Part shown: positions 48,209 to 56,341 of the stretch, piece by piece | How the letters are laid out: each line of letters opens with the position of its first letter | How positions within the stretch are numbered: the stretch's first letter is position 1 | DNA from: a virus | Lineage: Duplodnaviria > Heunggongvirae > Uroviricota > Caudoviricetes | Strand: one strand, 5' to 3' | Virus record (IMG/VR): IMGVR_UViG_3300012984_000013 | Location: 13,581-77,580 of that record | Length of the DNA: 64,000 bases | Program-made: the position numbers and the translations under genes | The notes under the pieces: model-generated | Database searches by the model: none | Told to the model about the DNA's origin: nothing | What the model saw: the letters and a program-made list of their open reading frames with translations, nothing else

Positions 48209-48429
48209 AAAAGTTATTAATACTAGTAATCTTACTTTCTTCTTGTACTCTAGTAGTAGATAATACAGAGTATATTGTCATAACAAATATACGTTCAGGA
48301 CGTCTTGGTAAAAATGAAGGATGTTATCATACTGCACAAAATATGGGTGAATTAAGTCTCAGAATGGAATTCTTTGATGATTGTAATAAATATAAAGTAG
48401 GTGACACCATTAAAATAGTAAAAAAATGA
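48205..48429 (+). CDS. Small lipoprotein (74 aa; lipobox LLSSC)
   Basis: MKKLLILVILLSSC... is a signal peptide with a lipobox Cys; a candidate for superinfection-exclusion-type functions. Confidence 0.5.
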   Translation: MKKLLILVILLSSCTLVVDNTEYIVITNIRSGRLGKNEGCYHTAQNMGELSLRMEFFDDCNKYKVGDTIKIVKK

Positions 48430-48542
48430 GATACGATAAAGAAATAAAAGCACTTTATACACTTATAATTGTAGGTGCTGTAACTATATTAGGTCTTTTA
48501 GTCTATGCTCTGGTTTTAATCGGACAATTAACTAATAATTAA
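48426..48542 (+). CDS. 38-aa TM micro-protein MRYDKEIKALYTLIIVGAVTILGLLVYALVLIGQLTNN
   Basis: Hand-translated; overlaps the upstream stop (ATGA). Confidence 0.4.
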   Translation: MRYDKEIKALYTLIIVGAVTILGLLVYALVLIGQLTNN

Positions 48543-48547
48543 TTATT

Positions 48548-48652
48548 ATGAGAAAATACGGATTTTACAAAGTACTAATAGGTATGCTCCTTTTATATGG
48601 AGCATTATACCTATTACTTAATTTTATAAGAGATTACTTCTTAACCAAATAA
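48548..48652 (+). CDS. 34-aa TM micro-protein MRKYGFYKVLIGMLLLYGALYLLLNFIRDYFLTK
   Basis: Hand-translated. Confidence 0.35.
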   Translation: MRKYGFYKVLIGMLLLYGALYLLLNFIRDYFLTK

Positions 48653-48656
48653 TAAT

Positions 48657-48779
48657 ATGAAAAAGAAAGGAATTGACAAAGTATTAGCTCGTAGAGACTA
48701 TAAGTTTATAGAAGTCATTAATAAGCTTGCAAAATCTCCATTTAAGGAATTGGTAAGGGTTAGGGACTATACTAAATAA
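48657..48779 (+). CDS. 40-aa basic micro-protein MKKKGIDKVLARRDYKFIEVINKLAKSPFKELVRVRDYTK
   Basis: Hand-translated. Confidence 0.35.
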   Translation: MKKKGIDKVLARRDYKFIEVINKLAKSPFKELVRVRDYTK

Positions 48780-48787
48780 CTACTAAT

Positions 48788-50770
48788 ATGTTCAATAAAG
48801 TAAAATTACAGGTACAAGAAAACCTGAAGAAGCTATCAACTTCAACGCTCTTCTATGTAGGTATAGATAGAGATAAGATCTGGGAAGAATACTTAAATGG
48901 TTTCCCAGAAGCAGAAAGACAACACCATAACTGTAACTGCTGTAAGTCATTCTTACGCCAATATGGTGGTATAGTAGGTATTATAAATGGGAATATAGTC
49001 TCAATTTGGGATAATATTACTGTAGAACCTGAATTTGGAGATAGTATCAAGAATCTACAGGTATACATCCATTCATTACCTATTACTGATGTATTCTATA
49101 ATGAATTTAAGAAATGTGGTACAGATAAGAATCTAGATAAAACATCTGGTGAAATATGGAACCATTTCTATATTGAATTAGAGAATAAGTTTGTTGTATC
49201 TAAGGATATTGATTCTAAAAGGTCAGAGAAGAGGGATGATAAAGCTGTTCTTAAGAGATCATTAGATGAACTTACTAAAGATAGTATTGAAACTATTCTT
49301 GAGTTAATAGCTCAAGGCTCTTTATATAAAGGACCTGAATTTAAAGGTATACTGGATAAGTTCCTAGACCTTAAAAAAGCCTATAATAAGGTTGAAAATA
49401 AGGATGTATATGCTTGGTTAGCTTCTACAACAGTAGGTCAAGCTCTATGTAGAATCAGAAATACATCTATTGGTACTCTATTAATAGATTTATCTGAAGG
49501 TGTAGATTTAGATGTGGCTGTTACTAAGTTTGAAAAGGTAGTAGCTCCAACTAATTATAAAAGACCTACATCCCTAGTAACACCTAAAATGGTAGAACAA
49601 GCTAAAACAAAGCTTGAAGAAATGGGTTTAGTTGAAAGTATGGAGAGAAGATATGCTAATTTGGCAGATCTGAATGTAGAGAATATTCTATATACTGACA
49701 AAAGTTCAGAGTTGACTGATGTATTTAAGGAAATATCCAAAGAAACATTAGTAAATCCTCGCACATTGTCTAAATTAGAAGAAATCTCTATTAATGACTT
49801 CATAGAAAAAATAATTCCTAAATCAAAATCCATAGAAGTCTTGCTTGAGAACAATCATTTGAATAACTTTGTATCCTTAATTACAGGACAAGATAAGAAT
49901 GCCAAATCTCTATTTAAATGGGATAATCTCTTTTCTTGGTCTTATACAGGGGGTATTACTGATTCAATGAAAGAGAGAGTAAAGGCAGCAGGTGGTAAAG
50001 TAGATGGTGTATTAAGATTCTCTATTCAGTGGAATGAGGATAAGAAGTCTATTATAGACCTAGATGCTCATGCTATTGAACCATCAGGTGACCATATATA
50101 CTTTAGTTCCTTTAATAAGGACCGTACTGGAATATCTACAAAGATGTCAGGTCAATTAGATGTAGATATGATTAACCCTAGTCATGTAGGAGTTGAGAAT
50201 ATTACTTGGATTGACAGACCTAAAATGAAGGACGGTAAGTATAATTTTAAAATTCATAACTACAGTGGTCATAGAAACTTTGACGGTGTAAGGTGTGAAA
50301 TTGAATTTGATGGTGAATTACATGAATTTGCCTATAATAAGCCATTTACAGGATATCTTGATATAGCTGAAGTGACTTTAAATAAGGGTAAATTCTCTAT
50401 TGAAACCAAGCCTGATTCTAAATCTGCTGTTAAATCCAGTGAAAAATGGGGTACAAAAACTAATACTTACACTAAGGTAAAACAGATTATGTTATCACCT
50501 AATCATTGGGAAAAACCAACAGGTAATAAGCATTATATGTTCTTCTTGGAGAACTGTATTAGTGATGAATCACCTAGACCATTCTTTAATGAATTCCTTA
50601 AAGAAGAATTCAATGAGAACAGGAAGGTATTTGAGATATTGGGAGGTAAGGTAAAGGTTCCAGATAGCAAACTACAACTATCAGGTGTGGGTTTCTCTGA
50701 AACTCAACGTAACTCTCTGATAGTAAAGGTAAGTGGTACTTTTACTAGAAATTTGAAGATTAACTTTTAA
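48788..50770 (+). CDS. Large early protein (660 aa) of unknown function with an N-terminal Cys cluster
   Basis: Carries HHNCNCCKSF near the N-terminus and a KVDGVLR segment (ligase/nucleotidyltransferase-like KxDG, but with atypical spacing). No confident family assignment. Confidence 0.6.
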   Translation: MFNKVKLQVQENLKKLSTSTLFYVGIDRDKIWEEYLNGFPEAERQHHNCNCCKSFLRQYGGIVGIINGNIVSIWDNITVEPEFGDSIKNLQVYIHSLPITDVFYNEFKKCGTDKNLDKTSGEIWNHFYIELENKFVVSKDIDSKRSEKRDDKAVLKRSLDELTKDSIETILELIAQGSLYKGPEFKGILDKFLDLKKAYNKVENKDVYAWLASTTVGQALCRIRNTSIGTLLIDLSEGVDLDVAVTKFEKVVAPTNYKRPTSLVTPKMVEQAKTKLEEMGLVESMERRYANLADLNVENILYTDKSSELTDVFKEISKETLVNPRTLSKLEEISINDFIEKIIPKSKSIEVLLENNHLNNFVSLITGQDKNAKSLFKWDNLFSWSYTGGITDSMKERVKAAGGKVDGVLRFSIQWNEDKKSIIDLDAHAIEPSGDHIYFSSFNKDRTGISTKMSGQLDVDMINPSHVGVENITWIDRPKMKDGKYNFKIHNYSGHRNFDGVRCEIEFDGELHEFAYNKPFTGYLDIAEVTLNKGKFSIETKPDSKSAVKSSEKWGTKTNTYTKVKQIMLSPNHWEKPTGNKHYMFFLENCISDESPRPFFNEFLKEEFNENRKVFEILGGKVKVPDSKLQLSGVGFSETQRNSLIVKVSGTFTRNLKINF

Positions 50771-50782
50771 CAATTAAATACT

Positions 50783-51097
50783 ATGAATCTAAAAGATCCC
50801 CAGAAATGGGAACAGTATGTAGCTAAAAATACAGATTCTTATGGAGGATGTTGTGTTAAAATGGCACAAAGAGTTATGGAGATTCTTGATAAGAATGAAC
50901 CATTTGATGCAAGTAAACTCATTGATGAAGTAGATGATGAGGGTATTACAGGCTTTATGGCTGGTGCTATAGCAGCTATGGTATCACAGTGTCATGAAAG
51001 AGGTAATGATTTTAAAAGGAGTTGGAATAAGAGCTATGGCTCAGATTCAGAAGAAGGTACAGTAAATCCTGCAATTTTAACAATAAACACAAAATAA
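50783..51097 (+). CDS. Hypothetical protein (104 aa)
   Basis: ORF from the track. Confidence 0.5.
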   Translation: MNLKDPQKWEQYVAKNTDSYGGCCVKMAQRVMEILDKNEPFDASKLIDEVDDEGITGFMAGAIAAMVSQCHERGNDFKRSWNKSYGSDSEEGTVNPAILTINTK

Positions 51098-51099
51098 TC

Positions 51100-51477
51100 A
51101 TGAATATTTACGAACGTGCAGTAAGAAACAAAACAAGATTCTCTTCAAATAAGGGTAATCTATCAGTAGAAGATCTATTTGACCTTAATCTGAATTCTCT
51201 TAATACTATGGCTAAGGCCGTTAGTAAGGCTTTAAAAGAAGAGTCAGAAGAGGATTTTATTACTGTTAAATCAGAGAAAAACACTGAATTAACACTTCAA
51301 TTGGATATTTTGAAGGATGTGATTGGTTCTAAGCTCACAGCACAAGAAGCTGCTAAGAAAGCTGCTGAAACAAAAGCTAAAAAAGAGAGACTTGAAGCTC
51401 TCATTATTGAAAAGAAAGAAAAACAACTAGGTGATAAATCAGTTGAAGAATTAGAAGAGTTGTTAAAAACTCTATAA
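51100..51477 (+). CDS. Hypothetical coiled-coil protein (125 aa)
   Basis: K/E-rich helical C-terminus. Confidence 0.5.
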   Translation: MNIYERAVRNKTRFSSNKGNLSVEDLFDLNLNSLNTMAKAVSKALKEESEEDFITVKSEKNTELTLQLDILKDVIGSKLTAQEAAKKAAETKAKKERLEALIIEKKEKQLGDKSVEELEELLKTL

Positions 51478-51489
51478 TCTTAAAAATCT

Positions 51490-51570
51490 TCTACTATAGC
51501 TCAGTCCGATTAGAGCGCCCTTGCCAAATTAACTTAAGGGAGGTCGGTGGTTTAAATCCACCTAGTAGAA
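51490..51570 (+). tRNA. tRNA-like gene with an expanded 13-nt anticodon loop (isotype undetermined)
   Basis: Perfect acceptor TCTACTA/TAGTAGA. D-arm GCTC-AGTCCGATTA-GAGC. T-arm GGTGG-TTTAAAT-CCACC. The anticodon stem CCCTT/AAGGG encloses the 13-nt loop GCCAAATTAACTT (51523..51535). Confidence 0.5.
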
Positions 51571-51594
51571 CTATTTTCAACTAAACTAAAACAG

Positions 51595-52173
51595 ATGAGA
51601 TATCTATTAGCAATTCTATTCTTAACATATACTACCAAACCAGATGTAGAGGTTGTTAAAGTAATAGAACCAAAGATTGAAGCACACATCACACACTTTC
51701 CATCCGTATATAAACAAATAAGAGAACATGAGGGTAATTACGTATATCATAAGTTTGATAAGGGTGGTGAAACATATGGTGGTATAACTAGGAAATATAA
51801 CCCTGATTGGTATGGATGGAGATATATCCATAAAGGTCTAAATACTAATGAAATAGTATGTGAGGCTGAATTCTGGGTAAAAGACGCATATCTTGATATC
51901 TGGGTAAAAGAAGGTTATATGGATATAAAGGACTATAATCTAGCCCTAAATCTATTTGATCTAAGGATTAATAGTTCACCTAGGACATATGAAAAGAAGG
52001 TAAATAAGGTATTAAAAGACATGAATGAATGTGATATATATACTTTAAGTAATACAGAAGAGTTTGTTTGGAGGCTTAAAATAGAGAGAATCTTATTGTA
52101 TTCCTATTTAGCTATGAATGACTCTACACAAAGAACATTTTATAAAGGTTGGATACGTAGACTAGATATATAA
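51595..52173 (+). CDS. Endolysin candidate, GH108-like N-acetylmuramidase domain
   Basis: EHEGNYVYHKFDKGGETYGGITRKYNPDW matches the GH108 signature E.GGY....D.GG.T.yGIT. Hydrophobic N-terminus. Confidence 0.65.
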   Translation: MRYLLAILFLTYTTKPDVEVVKVIEPKIEAHITHFPSVYKQIREHEGNYVYHKFDKGGETYGGITRKYNPDWYGWRYIHKGLNTNEIVCEAEFWVKDAYLDIWVKEGYMDIKDYNLALNLFDLRINSSPRTYEKKVNKVLKDMNECDIYTLSNTEEFVWRLKIERILLYSYLAMNDSTQRTFYKGWIRRLDI

Positions 52174-52176
52174 TTT

Positions 52177-52281
52177 ATGGAAATATTAGTAATCAATATA
52201 ATATTAGGTGTATATGCTCTAATAACCATATCTTACTGTACATACTTAATAGTAAGATTAATAAAATATAAACAAGATTAA
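52177..52281 (+). CDS. 34-aa TM micro-protein (holin-like) MEILVINIILGVYALITISYCTYLIVRLIKYKQD
   Basis: Hand-translated ORF directly after the endolysin. Confidence 0.35.
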   Translation: MEILVINIILGVYALITISYCTYLIVRLIKYKQD

Positions 52282-52284
52282 ATT

Positions 52285-52758
52285 ATGATAACACTACTAG
52301 TACTATTACAAGCATTTTTCTTTGTATTCTATATCTACTATGTTATTAGAACAGTAGGTGTACAAAAGTCTATTAGTTACTCCTGGTATGTAGTACCTAA
52401 TAAAGGAGCATTTGATATGTTTACCCTAGGTGTAGGTATACCTATGATGATATATGGAGCAGCTTTACAAAATGACTTAGCAGGTCTGTCATTTGTATTA
52501 GCTGGATTCTTTATGTGTGGATTAGGTATATCTATAGTAGTTCAACAGGCTAAATATGTGGAAATAATTCACTATATTTGCACAGGATTAACTATCATAT
52601 TCTCATACCTAGGTATATGGTTATATTTCCATGATTTAATCCATCTATTATTTGGAGCTATAGGTATACCTTTAATTTTGAAAATCCATAGAAATAAGCT
52701 ATGGTGGCTAGAAATATGGATATTTTTATGTATAATTACTAAACTAATACAATTATGA
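52285..52758 (+). CDS. Multi-pass membrane protein (157 aa); holin-like candidate
   Basis: About four hydrophobic segments; sits inside the lysis cassette. Confidence 0.5.
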   Translation: MITLLVLLQAFFFVFYIYYVIRTVGVQKSISYSWYVVPNKGAFDMFTLGVGIPMMIYGAALQNDLAGLSFVLAGFFMCGLGISIVVQQAKYVEIIHYICTGLTIIFSYLGIWLYFHDLIHLLFGAIGIPLILKIHRNKLWWLEIWIFLCIITKLIQL

Positions 52759-52946
52759 AATTTTTTATAGAATCCATAGCGTTTGTAATAGTATGTATAG
52801 GAATACTAGTACTAGCCGGTATATTAGCAGGACTTACACTATATTTAATAGGCGAAAAGGATGCAGGATTTTTCTGGTCAGGTGTAGTATTTATGGCTGT
52901 TATAGGAGGATTATCACAAATTGGAAACGAAATTAGAAAATTATGA
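52755..52946 (+). CDS. Two-TM small membrane protein (63 aa); holin/antiholin or spanin-like
   Basis: Hydrophobic; ATGA overlap with the upstream gene. Confidence 0.5.
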   Translation: MKFFIESIAFVIVCIGILVLAGILAGLTLYLIGEKDAGFFWSGVVFMAVIGGLSQIGNEIRKL

Positions 52947-53037
52947 CAAGATATGAACATTGCACTATTTGGTTTTCTAGGAAGACTAAAGAAGTTTATT
53001 CAACAGTAGGTGAAGAAATGATTAAAGGACGTTTAAA

Positions 53038-53277
53038 ATGAGACATATATTACTTGTACTATTTGTAATAGTACTATTGATTTTAGCCTTAAGTGGCTGT
53101 AAAAGCGTATATAAATGTCCTACATATTCTTATATGTATAAGGATATAAGGACAGGAGATACTTTATATGGTAGGGATTGGGTTCCCTACCTACCTGGAG
53201 ATACAGTAGTATTCTATCCAGAAGGTAGAGAAATTGTTATTTTAACAACTAAAGTAGGTAATACTATACTAAAATAG
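53038..53277 (+). CDS. Small lipoprotein (79 aa; lipobox LSGC), outer-membrane spanin-like candidate
   Basis: MRHILLVLFVIVLLILALSGC... is a signal peptide with a lipobox. Confidence 0.5.
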   Translation: MRHILLVLFVIVLLILALSGCKSVYKCPTYSYMYKDIRTGDTLYGRDWVPYLPGDTVVFYPEGREIVILTTKVGNTILK

Positions 53278-53284
53278 TGTTAAA

Positions 53285-53358
53285 GTACCCTTAGCTCAAT
53301 TGGTTAGAGCATTTGACTCATAATCAAAAGGTTAATGGTTCAATTCCATTAGGGTACA
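53285..53358 (+). tRNA. tRNA with anticodon CAT (Met or lysidine-Ile2), CCA encoded
   Basis: Acceptor GTACCCT/AGGGTAC. D-arm GCTC-AATTGGTTA-GAGC. Anticodon arm TTTGA-CTCATAA-TCAAA. T-arm AATGG-TTCAATT-CCATT. Discriminator A, then CCA at 53359..53361. Confidence 0.75.
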
Positions 53359-53396
53359 CCATAAATAGATATCCAAAAACTAATAGAACTAGAACT

Positions 53397-53771
53397 ATGA
53401 CAGATCAGGAAAAAAGAATTGAAGAGAGAAAGCAATCATTTGAGACGATGATGTTTTCAGCTTTTCTTCATGGTACAGACACGGATGAAGGATTCAAAAT
53501 TTGGTTTGATCGTAATTCGCTTTCAAATCAATTCGAATATCTAATCAATCAAGAACTTTCCTCCCTTCGCTCTGAACTGGCTGAGAAGCAATCAGAGTTT
53601 GATCTGTTCAAAAAGAACACTGCATTCAGGGAGGAGCTATCAATCGAAAACCTGAATAAGAGGGATATTAAAATTGAAGAATTGGAGAATAGGCTGGCTG
53701 AGAAGGAGAAAGAGCTTTCGGAACAAAGATTTGAAAACAATATGGTTTTGTCGCGTGAATCTGAAATTTAA
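53397..53771 (+). CDS. Coiled-coil protein (124 aa after start correction), GC-richer codon usage
   Basis: The track ORF starts inside the tRNA. The internal Met (MTDQEKRIEERKQ...) avoids it. Confidence 0.5.
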   Translation: MTDQEKRIEERKQSFETMMFSAFLHGTDTDEGFKIWFDRNSLSNQFEYLINQELSSLRSELAEKQSEFDLFKKNTAFREELSIENLNKRDIKIEELENRLAEKEKELSEQRFENNMVLSRESEI

Positions 53772-53776
53772 AGATT

Positions 53777-53947
53777 ATGACACAGAAATATTTAGAAGCC
53801 AGAGCCATTATTGCCGGTGATTTATTTAAAGAAGGAAAGATTACCAGAGCAGAATGCTTTAGAATTGAAATGGACGCATTTCTCGGTGAGGATACCGGTG
53901 ATATAGTTTACAAGGAAAACAAAGACTACGAAAATAACGAAATGTAG
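53777..53947 (+). CDS. 56-aa small protein (MTQKYLEARAIIAGDLFKEGKITRAECFRIEMDAFLGEDTGDIVYKENKDYENNEM)
   Basis: Hand-translated; GC-richer codons (GCC, GGT, CTC) like the preceding gene. Confidence 0.4.
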   Translation: MTQKYLEARAIIAGDLFKEGKITRAECFRIEMDAFLGEDTGDIVYKENKDYENNEM

Positions 53948-54078
53948 TTTTTAAAGACATTGACCTTAGGCGTATACAGAATAGAAACGCTGTCTGTAAC
54001 TATGCAGACCAATAAAATAGCCGGTCTTTTCCTGTTGCGCCAAGGTCGATTTTAAAACTAAATAAACAATTAAACAAT

Positions 54079-54288
54079 ATGTCAGAATTTAAACAATATA
54101 GAAGAAAAGGACTCTCTGAAATGAGAGAATATATTCCAGGTGAGGATATGACAGGAATTAGCGTAAGTGATGCTGATAAAGCATTAGATACATTAGAAGG
54201 TGGTATGATTGCGAGAAACCCTAAGAATCATGCTGATCAATGGTATGTTGCTAAAAAGTATTTTGAAGACAATTTAGAATTAGTATAA
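54079..54288 (+). CDS. Small protein (69 aa)
   Basis: ORF from the track. Confidence 0.5.
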   Translation: MSEFKQYRRKGLSEMREYIPGEDMTGISVSDADKALDTLEGGMIARNPKNHADQWYVAKKYFEDNLELV

Positions 54289-54308
54289 ACTCTAAATAAC
54301 TAAATAAT

Positions 54309-54473
54309 ATGCATATTTTAACTCTAAAATGGTCTAAATTGAATATGATTCAAAGAGGACAAATTCTTACCCAGTATAAGGATGAACTTAAACAGAAGCA
54401 AGTGTTTGAGCATACCCTAAATGGGTATACTTATTGTGTAAATCCTACTAATGGTAGGGTAATCTTTAACTGA
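54309..54473 (+). CDS. 54-aa small protein (MHILTLKWSKLNMIQRGQILTQYKDELKQKQVFEHTLNGYTYCVNPTNGRVIFN)
   Basis: Hand-translated; immediately followed by a terminator. Confidence 0.4.
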   Translation: MHILTLKWSKLNMIQRGQILTQYKDELKQKQVFEHTLNGYTYCVNPTNGRVIFN

Positions 54474-54496
54474 GGGCTGAATAAGCCCTTTTTTAT
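54473..54496 (+). terminator. Rho-independent terminator
   Basis: AGGGCT-gaata-AGCCCT followed by TTTTTTA. Confidence 0.6.
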
Positions 54497-54516
54497 TAAC
54501 TTTAAATCAAACTATT

Positions 54517-54756
54517 ATGCAAGTATTATGTATAGAAACTGGAAAAGGTAATGCTGCCTTTAATGTTCAAAAAGGGAATATTTATAACTCCTTATTAATT
54601 GAAGAAATTAACAAGGTTTATAAGGGAATAGACTTGTGGCACAAAATTGAAGAATCTCCTGTAGATATAGATAGATATCATGTAACTATATTTGTAGAAC
54701 TCCCTAACGAAGAAGGAGTGGTATTCTCCAAGAAAGAAGAACTAATTGAGCACTAA
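54517..54756 (+). CDS. Small protein (79 aa)
   Basis: ORF from the track. Confidence 0.5.
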   Translation: MQVLCIETGKGNAAFNVQKGNIYNSLLIEEINKVYKGIDLWHKIEESPVDIDRYHVTIFVELPNEEGVVFSKKEELIEH

Positions 54757-54840
54757 TGAGCGTATTAATTATTATATTACTAGTGGTTTTGATAAGCTAT
54801 GTAATAGGAAATTTGGATTTTTTATTTAAAAAAGACTAAT

Positions 54841-55128
54841 ATGAGTTTAACAGCAAGATATTTCAACGAGAAGTATAAGAGTAGCATTGGAGAAGGACAT
54901 CCAGGTTTAGAAATCCATCATCCTAAAGTAGTAGAGTATTTGGATAAGGTATTTGAGAAACTTGATTTGGAGATAAAAATAGACTATATCAGAATGAAAT
55001 TTGGTGTAGCTAGAGTATATCTAGGTGAAGGATTAACAGAACTTTCTGAGAAGCTGGAAGACGATATTAACAGTATTGTTAAGTATTATAACAATCCATA
55101 TCCTGATAGAGTACATGTGAATTATTGA
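54841..55128 (+). CDS. Small protein (95 aa)
   Basis: ORF from the track. Confidence 0.5.
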   Translation: MSLTARYFNEKYKSSIGEGHPGLEIHHPKVVEYLDKVFEKLDLEIKIDYIRMKFGVARVYLGEGLTELSEKLEDDINSIVKYYNNPYPDRVHVNY

Positions 55129-55132
55129 TATT

Positions 55133-55387
55133 ATGGATACAATGACAATGTTATGGTTATTTTCAGGCTTATTTGCCTGGAATATCCTATTTTATACTCT
55201 TCGTAAAGAGTGGTATATAAGATTTAATCGTGATTATTGGTCTATATACAGAAAACAATTATTATTTATGTATTTCTGTATTATACCTTTTATGATGGGT
55301 GGTTTTATAATGCTAGTAGTTTTAATAATTATGTTATTAGGAGTTGGATATAAACCAGTATTTTACTTTAAACCTGAAGATAATTAA
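55133..55387 (+). CDS. Two-TM membrane protein (84 aa)
   Basis: Hydrophobic ORF. Confidence 0.5.
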   Translation: MDTMTMLWLFSGLFAWNILFYTLRKEWYIRFNRDYWSIYRKQLLFMYFCIIPFMMGGFIMLVVLIIMLLGVGYKPVFYFKPEDN

Positions 55388-55459
55388 AGTAATTATACTA
55401 AAATTTTAAAACACTATGTTTATAACATAAATTTTCATATATTTGTAAAAAACAAAATT

Positions 55460-56161
55460 ATGGAAAAAGTATGTAGAATTTGTAAAATCTCTAAATCTAT
55501 TGATGAATTTATAGTAGATAAAAAACTTAAGGCTGGGTCGTATTCCTTTTGTAAAAGTTGTAAAAAGGAATACGACCGTCTCTATTATATAAAAAACAGA
55601 GAAAAAATACTAGAAAGATGCTCTATTTATAATCATACTCATAAAGATGTACATAAAGAGTATATAAAGAAGTATTCTAAAAGGCCATCTTTCAAAAAAG
55701 CTATAAAGGAGTATTATCTTCAAAAAAGAGACAAGATCAACAATCTCAGTATTGAAGAAAGAGAAAAACATAGAGAAATGGTAAGTAAAAAACGAGCAGA
55801 GAAGAAGAAATTATTAAAAAAAACTCCTAGAGATAGAATAACTCGTAGCTTAAATAATAGATTACATCATTATCCCAAATTTGGAAAAATAGGAAAAACA
55901 AGATTAGAGTATCTATTGCAAACAACAATAAGTAATTTTGTAGTATATCTAGAATCTAAATTCTTACCTACTATGACTTGGGAAAATCATGGTAAGTTAT
56001 GGCATATAGATCACATTGTTCCTTGTATGAAATTTGATCTAACTAAGGAGGAAGAACAATTAAAATGTTTTAACTATACTAATCTTCAACCACTTTTTGC
56101 TAAGACTACTGTAATTGATGGAGTAGAGTATATTGGAAACTTAAACAAAAACAGACAATGA
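55460..56161 (+). CDS. HNH endonuclease with N-terminal Zn-ribbon (233 aa)
   Basis: CRICK...CKSCKKEY near the N-terminus. C-terminus ...WENHGKLWHIDHIVPC... is the HNH core (H-x-D-H). Confidence 0.65.
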   Translation: MEKVCRICKISKSIDEFIVDKKLKAGSYSFCKSCKKEYDRLYYIKNREKILERCSIYNHTHKDVHKEYIKKYSKRPSFKKAIKEYYLQKRDKINNLSIEEREKHREMVSKKRAEKKKLLKKTPRDRITRSLNNRLHHYPKFGKIGKTRLEYLLQTTISNFVVYLESKFLPTMTWENHGKLWHIDHIVPCMKFDLTKEEEQLKCFNYTNLQPLFAKTTVIDGVEYIGNLNKNRQ

Positions 56162-56295
56162 ACAAGACTATAGTGTTAACAATCGAAGAATACATAAATT
56201 TCAAAAAAATAATTAAAGTTAAATTTGATGCCAAGGTCTGTAAGGCCAAGGTCATCGTATCTTGCGAGGAGCATTGTTTAACGTTGATTGGGTTT

Positions 56296-56325
56296 TAGGG
56301 GGTTAATAGCCCCCTTTTTATTTAA
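56296..56325 (+). terminator. Rho-independent terminator
   Basis: GGGGG-ttaatag-CCCCC followed by TTTTTATTT. Confidence 0.6.
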
Positions 56326-56341
56326 AATAAATACTAAAAAT

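Noticed and set aside
48788-50770. Assignment of the 660-aa protein as an ATP-dependent DNA ligase or archaeo-eukaryotic primase
   Set aside because: Only isolated motif-like strings (KVDGVLR; IDLDAH...SGDHIYF) were found, with the wrong spacing and order for either family. Kept as unknown.
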